Shown: in pieces, positions 1 to 11,769 of the stretch
Numbering within the stretch: the stretch's first letter is position 1
Layout of the letters: every line of letters begins with the position of its first letter
Assembly (NCBI RefSeq): GCF_041146345.1
Contig: NW_027191408.1
Location: forward strand, 1,417,671-1,437,670
Length of the DNA: 20,000 bases
Origin: Neodothiora populina
Lineage: Eukaryota
Reading direction: 5' to 3'
Notes under the pieces: generated by a model
Seen by the model: the letters and a program-made list of their open reading frames with translations, nothing else
What the model was told of the DNA's origin: nothing
Database searches by the model: none
Position numbers and translations under genes: made by a program

Positions 1-397
1 GCTAATAGTGCTGCCTTAATCCTTACTTCAAGCTCTTAAAGTTAAGAGTAGTTTGTTCTCGCTTAAACAAGGATTCTCGCTTATTCGGCGGTAAGGGCGT
101 AATATAAGCTTATAATGTACCTGCTAAAAAGGGCTATATCTAATCGTCTAATATATTTGCCTTAAGGTCTTAACGGTCCTGTACGAGCTTTCGTAGTTAG
201 CTGACTTTCGAGATGCTTTTGAACTAGCCGTATCTCTACTACTCTTCATGTCGGCTTATCTGTGATTATAGCTTTCAAATATGTCGCGGCCTTTGCTGCT
301 TAATTAGCTTCCTCGTTACTTAAGTTATCGAAGTGCGCTAATATTTATATAAAAGAGACTATTCGTCCGGCTTCCCGTGCTTATATAAGAGCTTCCT
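1..397. repeat. RIP-degraded repeat/transposon remnant (family not identifiable)
   Basis: Visibly TpA-rich and CpA/TpG-poor (e.g. 'aatataagcttataatg', 'taatatttatataaaag'), with no ORF of 60 aa or more. Lies next to an LTR-like element. Composition judged by eye. Confidence 0.45.
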
Positions 398-737
398 TGT
401 TACGATCCCATACGTGTACCCCGCACGAATCACTGGCTTGGCAAGTGATTACCCCTGGACAGGGTTACCTTCCAAACAGAATCGCTTGGCTCACGAGTGA
501 TCACGGTAATTCAGGAATCACTCGACTCACGAGTGATAGGAGTGATACACTACACTCACTTACGACACCGAAAGGTATATAGCAATAGACAATGTTCCCC
601 TATGGAACATTGTGTTCAATTTCAATTCAGTTACCAGTGATTGGAATTACCTCTTCACGTGTGCCTTGATACTCCTCTTCACGAGTCCAACCCAGGAGAG
701 ACTATCATGGTAGTAGCCTCACAACCAATCCTTAACA
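398..737. mobile_element. LTR-like element (~340 bp), probably from an LTR retrotransposon
   Basis: Starts TGTTACGAT (398) and ends ATCCTTAACA (737): TG...CA ends with an imperfect terminal inverted repeat. Contains a TATA-like GGTATATAG (~574-582), direct repeat CTCACGAGTGAT (490-501, 526-537) and a perfect 10-bp hairpin (589-613). Flanks (TTCCT / GCACG) do not form a TSD, and no PBS or PPT is evident. Confidence 0.55.
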
Positions 738-3700
738 GCACGGTGAGGTCATGCCAACTCTAATAGAGCGCGTCGAGATGGAAGATGACATCGATAGAGG
801 ACATACGACCGAGTCCCCGGATTGATTTGCAAGACATGGTTCATTATCGAGAAGGTTATTGCGAGTTGTACTCCAGTAAATACTTAATCTGGAGTCGACA
901 GGAACTTCATTCGTCGCTCACAGTTCTGTCTGATTGTATCTTTGCCATTCGAAAAAAATGCTCTGACTAAGATGCTTCCGCATGTTGCAACTCCTTAAGA
1001 TGATCTGTATTGTCACATCCATATTTCAATTAGCCACGGCAGAAAGCGTTGTTCTAATAACCTAAGTACTTCTTCCAACCTACTGTAGCACACAGAGTGA
1101 GTGTGCTGCCAGCTTCAGCCATATGTAGTATGAGTAAAGTATTTACCTACTGTAGGTAGCAATCTTTGAGGTAGCCGAACACTGGTCGTTGAGGGTAATA
1201 CTATAACAGCAACGACAGTTTCCAAGGAGCATCACTGATTCGTGGGACAGGGTTACAGCCAGTAGTATCCATCCAGTAGCAAGGCTCTACCGCTTTAGCA
1301 TAGCTAGTTTCGACGCCCCAGCGATAAAAGATCATATCAAATCATTTACATATCATGACTTAGTGACGTTTAACCTGTTTCGTGATCGGCTCCGCTCGTG
1401 GGTCGATCCTATATTCAATTATTCAATAGTAGTAACCAACGAACCATTCTAACAGTAATAACTCCACAGCGAATAGTAAAGTGGGCGAAGTGACACTGGA
1501 TGAGTCTTAAGCCTTAGCGGAAACGGCTTGTATGTCAGTCGCCTGATATCTACCTACCCTATTGTGAACCACCGACCTTAACGCCTCGGATGACTTCTTT
1601 AATCCTTCATATGGAGTACGATATGGTCACTTTGATGCATAAGGTAAGCTATGGGATAAGTATCTAGATGGCCTGAAAGTTGAATCTCTGTATGTCGTAT
1701 TCATATTACGTTTTCTGTGTACTGCTTCAGCATTTCAGCTGTATCGCTTCACTTTCGGGAGACTTTATTCTTCCCCAGCAAGATCGACTCATATAGCTAT
1801 GTAGTAGCTAAATGTCAACACCATAAAAATGTAATAATCAATCGTAATCACATAAGTACATGCTTCAGGCTATGCTACAGTGTTGAAGTACGGCAATAAG
1901 ACGTGCAATAGAAGAGGCTTTTGCTTGCAGCTTTGCCATGCGGACCGCTCGATAGCGACCTACTGTACCTTATCATACAGTACTGCATCCGAGGTTGCTT
2001 AGATCAACAATCGACTCCGGGTACTCCGTATTCTACACTAACCCATGTTTATTCCGCTTGCTGTCGATGCGGCAGGACGGAAGGTCTTCTGTTGCGAACA
2101 ATTCTCCGCAGTGCAAGCCTAGACTCCGACAAGCCTAGGATCAGCTGCCGTTTCAGATTGCGCCTCCTTATCAACATATCACCCAACCAGAGCACACTAC
2201 AAGTGCTGCAGCCCGGAATATGTAGGGCAGTGTTCTGTTAGCTGATGATAGTCAACCTAGGCAATCCTGCAACACTAGTCGGCTATGTACTGTACTCAGC
2301 AGGTCTGCCGGAAGCGCTTTCATTCCTTTGTTTGCTGATTCCTTTCTTCCCCGCTCTAGCTGATGCCGATGATACCATGCCTAGACTTCGACCTTTGGCA
2401 GCTATCATAGGTCCGTGGAGTTTCCATATTTTTGCGGTTGGCGTCTGTCATGTGAAGCTGTAAACGCAGTGTAGATAAAACTAGCAGATTCATGTCTGCG
2501 GCTAGTAAGTCATGTTCATTAGCTATGCAAAATTACAACGAAGAACCAGTTTCGCCCAATGAGCTCATCAGATAGGTTCAGGAACTACCCAGAATATAAA
2601 TAGAAGGCTCAGCGGACAACTTCGAGCGGTATGCTGACTAGGCTGGGTTGATTGAGGTTACTTGCTTTCTGGTACACTTTCACGTTCGTCACCGTTACGC
2701 CTTAACAGGAAATAGCCTGTGCATCAAAGTAGAAAGGAAAACAGCTGATAGGGCGTTCTGCATAGGAGGCTAAGGTCTGGTCTTTGACGTTACCTACGTC
2801 GCTGTTTTCGGGTTACAGAATTGATCGGCCTGCATGGTGCTGTGCTTGACATAGTCAATTTGGGTGGGGGGACCCACTTTCCGGGGGGCTTTGCTCTGCA
2901 TGAGTCCTATGTAAGTCCTACTGCCTTTATGTTCGCGTAGACCATACAGAACGTAAGATAGATATGAAAAAACAACGACAATCTCTGTGACGACCATAGC
3001 AATAGGCGAGAGATTGTAGTCAGGTAATGCACTTGACTTCTCTCATAGGTTCATTGGAGAAGCGAGCTCGATGCTTTCCTTCATAAACACATACTTGTCA
3101 CTTCGATTTGAACGGAAAATTGAGCCAAACATGCTACCTGAGAGAAGATGACGCGCTGTATGTGGAGGTAGTGTGTCGGCCATTTAATACATCAATAAGC
3201 CATAATCTTTGGCTTGTGAAACGGGCGTAGCAGGAGTCAAGGTTCACAGCGGCGCAGCGCAGAATCGCCTTGGTCTCCAGTTTACTGCTTCGAACTCTCG
3301 TTTTTCGGAAGCAGTATTTACTTGTATTTTGTGAGCCTGTCACTCACTTATTATGAACTTTGAGGCATTGTCAGACCGAGCCCGGTCTCCGACATGATCG
3401 TCCCACTCTTTTGCTGCGGAACAGGACCTGGCTCGGGGCTGCGCCTCAAAGGGCAAGGAAGACAAAATTTATAAGCCACCAGGCACACATCGTCTCACAT
3501 TCGGTAAGGCACAGACGGACAGTCTTCTGGAGTCTAAGCGCCTAGTGAAGACTTCCTCGTTTCTATATAGACTCGAAGTCGCCTCCAGCTTTCATGATCG
3601 TCACAATGGTGACCTACATCGCAGCCCCTCCAAAAGAAGGAACATTCTCTCATAAAGCTTAATACTGGTTTTATACTGCAACCTCTTCCGCAATCTGGTG

Positions 3701-3835
3701 ATATTTGAATAATCTACTTTCCCATGTCATTAGCCACACGTCCAATAGCCCACTCAGTCATCTGCTTGTTCATTCAATTGCTTCTGATAGATACTCTGGA
3801 ATTGGAACCTGCACCAGCAGATGATTATCTACACT

Positions 3836-5564
3836 ATGCGTAAGTGGGAAGCATCAATGACCCGATCATAGCTGAAACTTTCGAAGGTAATCTCTCACAT
3901 AGGGTGCGACTGCAGGCTCAGAAAAGTAGCATTGCTTTATTTGAAATGGTCAAGCATCTCGCCTTCAGATGGCGATTCTGTGACAACACGAAGGTCTCCG
4001 ACGAGGAATCCGGGCTCAATCGAACCAACACGGTCAATCCGGGAGAGATAGCTGCCGGACATCCCGAAGCCAAGGCGATGGGAAGCGAAGACTGCGGTGA
4101 AACAGTCCGTACTCAGCGCAGCCATACCGGCCCAAATCTCTCTTGGGACTTTACAGTACCCGAATTATCGATCGCGAGTAATGGTGGTAGTCCTCTCTTC
4201 GAAGTCGTAGCTGCAAGCATAGAGTATGGTGGATTGGCACTCGAGCTCAATTCAGATATGAACCAGGCTGTCCACCACACGGAATCGACTAGTGCGAAGG
4301 AGCGCAAAAGCCACTCACCTGCTCTGAGACAGTTCAAAGCTATCCTTTACGGATCGTGAATCAACGTTCTACTCCTCTGCGTTCCTGTTGGATTTGCCGT
4401 CAAGTATGCTCACCTCAATGAATATACTCTTTTTACCATCGACTTCGTCGCTATCGTTCCGTTAGCTGCGATGCTTTCCTTCGCCACCGAGCAACTGGCA
4501 CTATATGTCAGAGATACGACGGGTGGCCTACTCAATGCCTCATTCGGTAACGCCACGGAGATCATTGTCGATATCATCGCCTTGAATCAGGGAAAGATCA
4601 CCATTGTGCAGACTTCGCTCATTGGCAGTATGCTTCTGGATCTGCTGCTTGTCTTGGGCATGTGTTTCGCCTTGGGTGGTTACAATCGCATCATGCAGAA
4701 CTTCAACGCTACCGTGGCGCAAACTGCCGCCAGCATGCTCGGGTTTGCCGTCAGCTCGTTGATCGTACCAACAGCCTGCAAAGCCTTCGGTAGCGGCAGT
4801 GTAGACATCTCCGGAGAGTCCCATGGAGTTGCAGTAACGATATCTTGCTGTTCGTTTATGCAGCCTTCCTCTACTTCCAGTTGAGCACTCATGCCCACAT
4901 CTACGCTGAGCCCTCGCAGAAGTCATTAGAGATCAAGAGTACCAAGAAGCAAAAGAGGAGAGCATCGCTCAACCGTGGAACCGTAGGACTTGATTCGCCG
5001 ACTGAAACTGGCGGCCAGGTCCATAAAGCTGATACGGCGCACGCAAGGAATGAGCAGGAAGAGCAACCAATTTTAAGCAAGACCGGTGTTCTCGTCTCTC
5101 TTGCTATCGCCACTGTACTGATCGCCTTCTGCTCTGAATCTATGGTCAGCGGTATCGATTACATCGACAAAGATGGTCATGTATCCGAAGAATTCGTCGG
5201 TCTTATTCTCTTACCAATCGTCGGCAACGCTGCAGAGCATGCTACAGCGATCACGGTCGCTATGAAAGACAAGATGGATCTTGCAATCGGTGTCGCCGTC
5301 GGATCCAGCTTGCAGATCTCTTTGCTAGTCGTACCACTCATGGTTGTCGCCAGCTGGTGCGGCGTCGGCGATGCCACACTGTCTTTGAGCTTTGACGGCT
5401 TCCAGATTGCCGTGTTGTTCGTCTCAATGCTTCTTGTGAACTACGTCGTTCACGATGTCAAGAGCAATTGGCTCAAAGGAACACTTCTCATGTGGCTTTA
5501 CATTATCATCGCAATCGCCGCTTGGCTTTATCCTATGAAGAGTACAGTTAGTCGATCTCCCTGA
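3836..5564 (+). pseudogene. VCX1-like: Vacuolar Ca2+/H+ exchanger (CaCA/CAX, VCX1-like) pseudogene
   Basis: alpha-1 repeat GLLNASFGNATE and alpha-2 repeat GNAAEH, plus family segments IVQTSLIGSMLL, FVGLILLPIVG, KDKMDLAIGVAVGSSLQI, KSNWLKG. In-frame TGA at 4357-4359 where Trp is expected (YGS*INVLLLCVPVGFAV), with the frame continuing into ORF 4471. Frameshift at ~4837-4841 (GVAV + ACGAT + ILLFVY). Likely start ATG 3836 (or 3821) with intron 3840-3886 (GTAAGT...AAG), which joins in frame. Confidence 0.9.
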
Positions 5565-7002
5565 CCAAGCGTCGTTTCATGCAATAACGAATCGACGAAG
5601 TTAAGCCTGCCCTGATCTTTTCTTCAAACCCTATATACCGATAGTACAATCAATCTCAATCAATATGGAAGCAACAATCGCGACCGTATATCATAACGTA
5701 CCCAGAGTCCACAAGCTAAGAACGCAAAGTCAAGAAATCATAGGGTTGAACGCACGAAGCTACTATTTCTCACAATATGATGCAGATATACAGTCGTCCC
5801 TCTTGCTACCTTTACGTTGCATCGGTTCCTTCTCTTCGTTAACCCTGGTGAAAAGCCTAGGTGGGGGCGATGTACGTATCGCGGTGAACTGGATGTAGGA
5901 GAGAAATTGGAACTCACACATGTCAGAGCAAGGAACAACTACCTCTCGTTTCCTTACCTACGCTGTCTCGGATCCACCATTGAGCAATTGCCCAGTTTCT
6001 ACAATCTGCCCAGAATAGGTCTATATCGTGAAACCTCCGGTCAAACAATGTTGCTCGAGCGAACATAAGCCAGATCACCATCCATGAGTATCGGGGATGA
6101 GATCATTTAGAATTCGGGATAGTCTGCCATAAGGCTGGGCTATGCTATACATCTGTCCACACAGCGATGACTAACCTGTCCTGTCTCACATGCAATACGA
6201 TTACGCTGTTTCCAATGAATCACTGCGGCAACGACGTTCATATCGTGACAACATTTATTGAATACATGATGAAGAAGATCGAGATGTCCACGGTCAGGAG
6301 GATTAATGGGCCAGAAAATATTAGGATGCGGCTGGTCCGGTCCGATTCGATCTGAGAATTGGTGGGTGATGGCAGATCCCATGATCGAACACATGACCAA
6401 ATGGAAAATATTTCTCATGTTACATACCCTTGATGTAATCCTCAAGGTGCAGTGTGTGACTTCATCTTTTAATGACTTGATTCAACGTTGTAGCACTCAT
6501 GATACGAATTTAAGGCGAAAGATCCGGAGAGAACGAACGAAGGAGCCTGCAGGTGAGTCGTTCATTATATTGTTGTAATATGTCTAAGTCATTACTGTAC
6601 ATCATCCGGCTTGGTGGGGGCATTGTAACACGCCCCGCACATACCCTGCGCAAATTATGACCAATCACGAGAGGTACGACTGCAACATTGAGGGAGCAAA
6701 GCATCGATCATGAGAGTCTTGCGTCACCTGATTTCTGTAGTTAACAAAGGAGCTTGCTTAGGGGGGCAATATGGCCGCATCAGGTTGATATCCCAGATCT
6801 ACAGTACGCGTAGTGTCGGGATTAGTCTCGAGCTTCGAAGCCGCACTGTCACACACCCGAACACAGCTGATCAACCATTCTACAACATGAGAAGAAGAGC
6901 ATCGTAAAATATGAGCGACAGCTGCTTTTAGACAAGCATCTCGACTTCGGGTTGGGAAGATCCCCATCGAGATGCCCTTCATCGCTTTTGCCTATACCCT
7001 TG

Positions 7003-7637
7003 CTATCCGGATCTTGCTTGTGTCTGCACTTTCTCACCACAGCGCCCATACCTGCAACCTTCGCACAAGCCACTCTGATGCCGCCCCTTGCTTCAACCGG
7101 AGAAGCACGGTGTTTCCACCATAATTCCACGCCATTTCTTTAGACGATATGCCACCCTATCCGCATAGGTAGAGCCCAGGTCTGGCTTGCTCAGGTGACC
7201 GCAAGACTTGCAACGTTGATGATATACTCTTGCATTGTACTCATTGACAGAGTACTCACAAATAGTGATGGCGCTTTACTTGTTTGACCACCCATCGAAG
7301 GGACATGCCTTGTTGTTGCATTCAAAGGGCCCATAACTCCAGTGTCATATTCATTGATGACACCATCGGACTCATCGACATCGTGAAACTCGAGAATTAT
7401 GCTGTCCGCTTCGATCTGGCATACTATATCCTTGTTCAATGCTAGAAATATGGATCATCCATGATCCACACCACTTCCTGTCGGAGTGCCCCGTTGAACA
7501 GTCTTCTTGATCTTGAAGACTTTAGTCTACTTGATGTCGACCTTCATAGCGTCGAGGTCTGCTAGTAGGCTGTGCAGAGGCTGTTGGAGAGCCTTCACAG
7601 TATTGGATGTCCTTTTGGAACCGCCAAAGTCAACCAT
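7003..7637 (-). pseudogene. zf-3CxxC zinc-binding domain protein pseudogene
   Basis: Manual translation across frames: ...*SIFLALNKDIV..LEFHDVDESDGVINEYDTGVMG/FECNNKACPFDGWSNK*SAITICEYSVNEYNARVYHQRCKSCGHLSKPDLGSTYADRVAYRLKKWRGI..FSG*SKGRHQSGLCEGCRYGRC. This matches the fungal 3CxxC pattern. Stops at 7527-7529, 7455-7457, 7276-7278 and 7093-7095; frameshift at ~7327-7328. Start ATG 7637 is tentative. Confidence 0.85.
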
Positions 7638-9685
7638 TGGAATGTCTCTATATGGATCGCGGAGTCATGACTGCGTCGGGTTAAAAAGACAACCACAATC
7701 GTGTCTGTGAGTATGGTAAGTGATACTCGCCTGTTACACACATCAGATGACACTTCGAGAGCAGACTGCTGTGGTGCTCATGAGCATAAGGCAACGGTTG
7801 AAAGAGATGAACAAGTAGAAACGGACAAGAATATAAGGATTTTTCAAGTAGCTCCTTCGCATCATACGGACCAACCTATCATATTACAAGACCCGTGTAT
7901 GGTCGGCGTCTCATACAAGCGCACACACCTGCACCATACAGCTAGATTTATTCTGACTGGAACTTTGAAATAGTTCCCAAGCGGCATGCTTGTTACGAAG
8001 CCTGTATCGTAGCTCGAAGAATTTCTGCTATTGCTGTCGATGCGGAGTGCATATGTTAGGGCCTTGGTAGCCCTGTGTTCCAGCCAGAGCATTCGATTGA
8101 GACCACAAAAGTAGCCAAGTGGCTTGGAGGTTCCCAGTCACAACTACGACAAAAATAGAGTAACGCCTCAGTCAAAATATTAGCTTGTCAATACGACAGC
8201 GATAGGTCCTTCCAACATCCAACGATGCGATCATTCCGGCAGATGTGGCTACTGCCACGTCCTTGCAATCTCCTGAATCTTGCTGGTGGAGGGGTGATGA
8301 AAGCCAACAGCTCAACATACACAGCATGAATGACATGGGTCACTTTATGACGGATGCACTTTCAGAAACGCCTGCAAGACGAGCTAATCTGCACATAATT
8401 GGTCTACTAGGCTTCGTGAAGCTCAAGAGCAGTGTCTTATGCAAAGGTGCCCAAGGGCATGCATTGATTTCTCCACACCACCAGAATGGAGCGCAACAAG
8501 TTTTCGATCCTGGAGGAAACGCCGTGTCAACCGTAGCTGCGACATCTCGGTACCTGTGTTCCCCAATTCTCTATAGATATTTACAGAACAGCTTGGCTAT
8601 CTATGTCGGGATCGTTCTCATATGTTCCTGTGTACTGGTGGGCGGCTGTGGGTCAAGTTGACTCCATAGCTATACGCAATATCCTTCCGTCAGAGGCTCC
8701 GATGTTGTCAATCATACTGCTGTAGGGCATTTAGCCATCGAGTCTATATTCAGATGCTTAGTGGAGATGTTTGAGCGTACGTCCTGTCGCTACCGGGGGT
8801 ATCTTGATTGCCTATGAACATGTTAGATATAGTACTTGAGAACGCTGAGCAGGAAGCTCACCTCACTCCAGTATCTACATGTCATGGAAGCGCAGTCGTA
8901 AAGGGTCTTTCTATCTTTGGCAAGATTAAACCGACTCGAAGCCTTGCAACACCAACTATGACCTGCTAGGTCCTGGATAGGTCACACTTCGCAAGATTTA
9001 ATTCCTTAGTCCGGCCCTTGATGAATCTTAATGGCCGACTTGATCGAACAAGTGATTGTTCTCTCCACACTTCTCGCATTGACTCATAAAGTCAGACATA
9101 CTGGACGTGCTTGTGCTTATCCTAATATAGTAATGATGACTTCTTGGAGGTTGATCTGTACTGATCAACAATTGATACTGATACGAGCGTCAAACCGCTG
9201 CATTGAACAGTGTCAAGGGCTCGATTAATAAGGGATTAACGATAATTGATATGGTGGGGTATCTGTATTCCGATGCGGTGGCGACAACATATTCGTCGCA
9301 TATCACCAGTCTATATCACAGCTCTTGCTCGAAATCTGTTATAAGGCGGGCTTGATCACTGTCATAAGCGGCACAATCTACCAATCTGATGTCAACACCA
9401 TGGGAGACTTCTTGAAAGGCTGCTTTACCTAGACTTGTCGTCATAGTGTCAAATTTCGTGGGGTCGGGGGTCAGCGCGGGGAAATTCAGTTCATGCACAC
9501 TACACTGCATGCCAAGAAGTCTCTTGTCATTATAGCGGAGCAGTAGGAATGCGTTCGATGGTTCAAGTATACGAGACCTCCCGGGAAAGCCTTTCCTATT
9601 GCGCGCTATAGGGACATCCTGACCAAAGGTAGAAGGGAGAAAAAAAGGAGGACCAGAACGCGATTTCTCGTTGTCTAGGCATGGA

Positions 9686-9874
9686 TCAGGTCCTATTGAC
9701 ACCGACGAGGTTCATGAACTCGTTACGTGTCTCGAGGTTCTTTTCGAAGCAACCAAGGACGCAATTGGTGATAATAGTGATACCCGTTTTCTCGACGCCA
9801 CGCATAACCATGCACAAGTGGCTCGATTCCATGATGACAGCGACGCCCTGCGGTTTGAAAATTTGGATGATGGC
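9686..9874 (-). pseudogene. FOL2: C-terminal fragment (62 codons + stop) of GTP cyclohydrolase I
   Basis: Translates AIIQIFKPQGVAVIMESSHLCMVMRGVEKTGITIITNCVLGCFEKNLETRNEFMNLVGVNRT*, containing the GCH1 signature HLCMVMRGV. The upstream frame has a stop within 8 codons and no RRLQVQERLT segment. Absent from the ORF track; the + strand ORFs at 9671/9681 are its shadows. Confidence 0.88.
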
Positions 9875-10446
9875 CTGGAATCCGAGAAGTGTTGTTTACT
9901 CAAATATCTCCACCCTTACTACAATAGAGTAGCTAGAGACAATACAGGTTGCGACATCTATTTGACTGATGATAACTCTGGCTCTCATACTAAAGCAAAA
10001 AAGGTTCTGGTAACGCGTGCTTCACAGCAAGGTATCCTAATCTGCGCCACAAGCAAGCACTAGCCCTGACACACAACGAAACGAATATTCGACGCCTTCA
10101 AGATTGAGATGGCAATATGTTCAGCATGTGGTGCAGATTCAGCAGCAATATTGGAAGCAGGAAAGCATATTCGATAGAATTGTAAAGGAGTCAGAAATGA
10201 TTGTAAAGAGGATTTGGCAGCATGACACAAAATCGACATTCTTTCGACGCGCAGGGAATTGCCTTGAATGTGATGAATGTGGGGAATGGCACTTCTTCTG
10301 CGAATCATCAGCTATAATTGAATCAATGACTACTTGAATGCGACAGACATTGCTAGACTTGGCGGTAGGGTGGGTACTCGTACATACTTTCCATTACGTT
10401 GCTAAGGCCCTGTCATTAGACAGCCCTGAACGAAGTTGTGGCATCA

Positions 10447-11370
10447 TCATGAGAAAAATCCTCCATTCAAATGTGGCAGCAGGAGCCCATCGCGGAAGCC
10501 TCTTAGATAAGTATCGACGTTGATGCTACGCAGCCAGACATCCCGCCCTAATTCCGTCTCGATCGCCGTACGCCTCCGATATCCGAGACACTCCCCGTCT
10601 TCGACAAAAGGCACCGGTCTCCCGAACACTGCCTGTGCCACTAATGCCGGCTCAGAGCCTACAAACACTCGGCTGCGCAGCCGAAGCCTCTCCATACTTT
10701 CGCTCATATCTGTCTCCGTTCCTTCTGCTTGTACTGTATGCCAATCTCTCGACGTACTCAAGGCTGGCACACAGCTGCTACAGTGTACTGCAGCGATACC
10801 AAATTCTCCATGCCATCCACCTTTGAACTCTTCTGGCAACTTCTTTGTGCTGCAACCCACGGCGACCATGCTGCTACACGTCACGCAACATAAGATACCC
10901 TGACCTGCGACGTCGATGCCCTCCTTTACAGCAGCTGCTTCGCTTCTTTGTTGTTGAATAGTTGCCGAGTCTGGGTCTTGTTGACTTGCGCCCGTGCCTT
11001 CTTTCGATCGAAATTGGTTGTTACTACGGAGATCAGCGATTTGTCATCTAGAAATGTAGGTATATGTACTAGGATCCTCAGGCATTTCCTCAACAGCCTC
11101 GCAATCCTCGTTTGCTTCGAGAATAGTCTCGTCTGCAACGGGCTCTACATGATTCCATCCTGAGAAAGGCTCTGGAGAAGGCTCAGAAGGAGGCTCCGAG
11201 GTCTCGACATCGATGTTGGTGCAAGGTTCGTCCTCACCCCAGTAAACCTGCGTACGTCCTGTCTTTACCAGGTGTGAATATGTCTCGCTGTCAATCTTTC
11301 CCTGGGTATGAAGCTCCTCTATCTTCGCACGGAGTGCCCTCAGATTCTTGGTAGACTTCTTGCTGCTCAT
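10447..11370 (-). pseudogene. Decayed hypothetical protein gene (unknown family)
   Basis: ATG at 11370 opens a protein-like 108-aa ORF (basic N-terminus, acidic/Pro linker). Protein-like sequence continues in shifted frames (PTFLDDKSLISVVTTNFDRKKARAQ...; ...LGRDVWLRSINVDTYLRGFRDGLL), interrupted by several stops. Confidence 0.4.
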
Positions 11371-11769
11371 GATGTTCTCGTATTCTCCAGTGATTGGAAA
11401 GACTACGAAGAAGAGTTGGACCTTTCGAATGATGTCGGGTGGGAGGGGTTTAGATGTAGCTTCGCCGTCCCCACTGCATCAATGTCTCGATAATATATTG
11501 GCCGGCGCATATGCTTGATCATACAGCTGCCTTGTAGCAATTCGCAATTAAGGGCACCGGAAGCGCAATGCACATGTCACGCACACCTCGGCTCTGGTAT
11601 GGTCTCTGATCGCGTAGATCATACACTCTTTGTGACATGTTCTCTAGCCTGCAAACATAATTTTACCTTGCAGTGGGTGGGCGTGCTTATGCATGCATAG
11701 GTCAGTCCATATGCCTACTGTACTAACGATACATGATTTCCATGCAGCTAGATAGACCTTCAATGAAGC

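Noticed and set aside
4357..4359. TGA in the Ca2+/H+ exchanger as an A-to-I editing or readthrough-rescued stop
   Set aside because: A downstream frameshift also breaks the gene, so simple pseudogenisation explains it better.
5665..6907. Chain of short + strand ORFs with a GTGAGT donor near 6553
   Set aside because: May be a decayed gene, but no family motif or consistent frame could be established.
8700..9228. Leucine-rich, F-box/LRR-like phrase (TLSRKLTSLQYLHV...LARLNRLEAL)
   Set aside because: Multiple stops and too little pattern to support a call.
9671..10063. + strand 130-aa and 83-aa ORFs
   Set aside because: Antisense shadows of the GTP cyclohydrolase I fragment.
10060..10337. CxxC motifs (CSAC, CDEC) suggesting a zinc finger
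   Set aside because: They lie in different frames with stops; ligand spacing is unconvincing.
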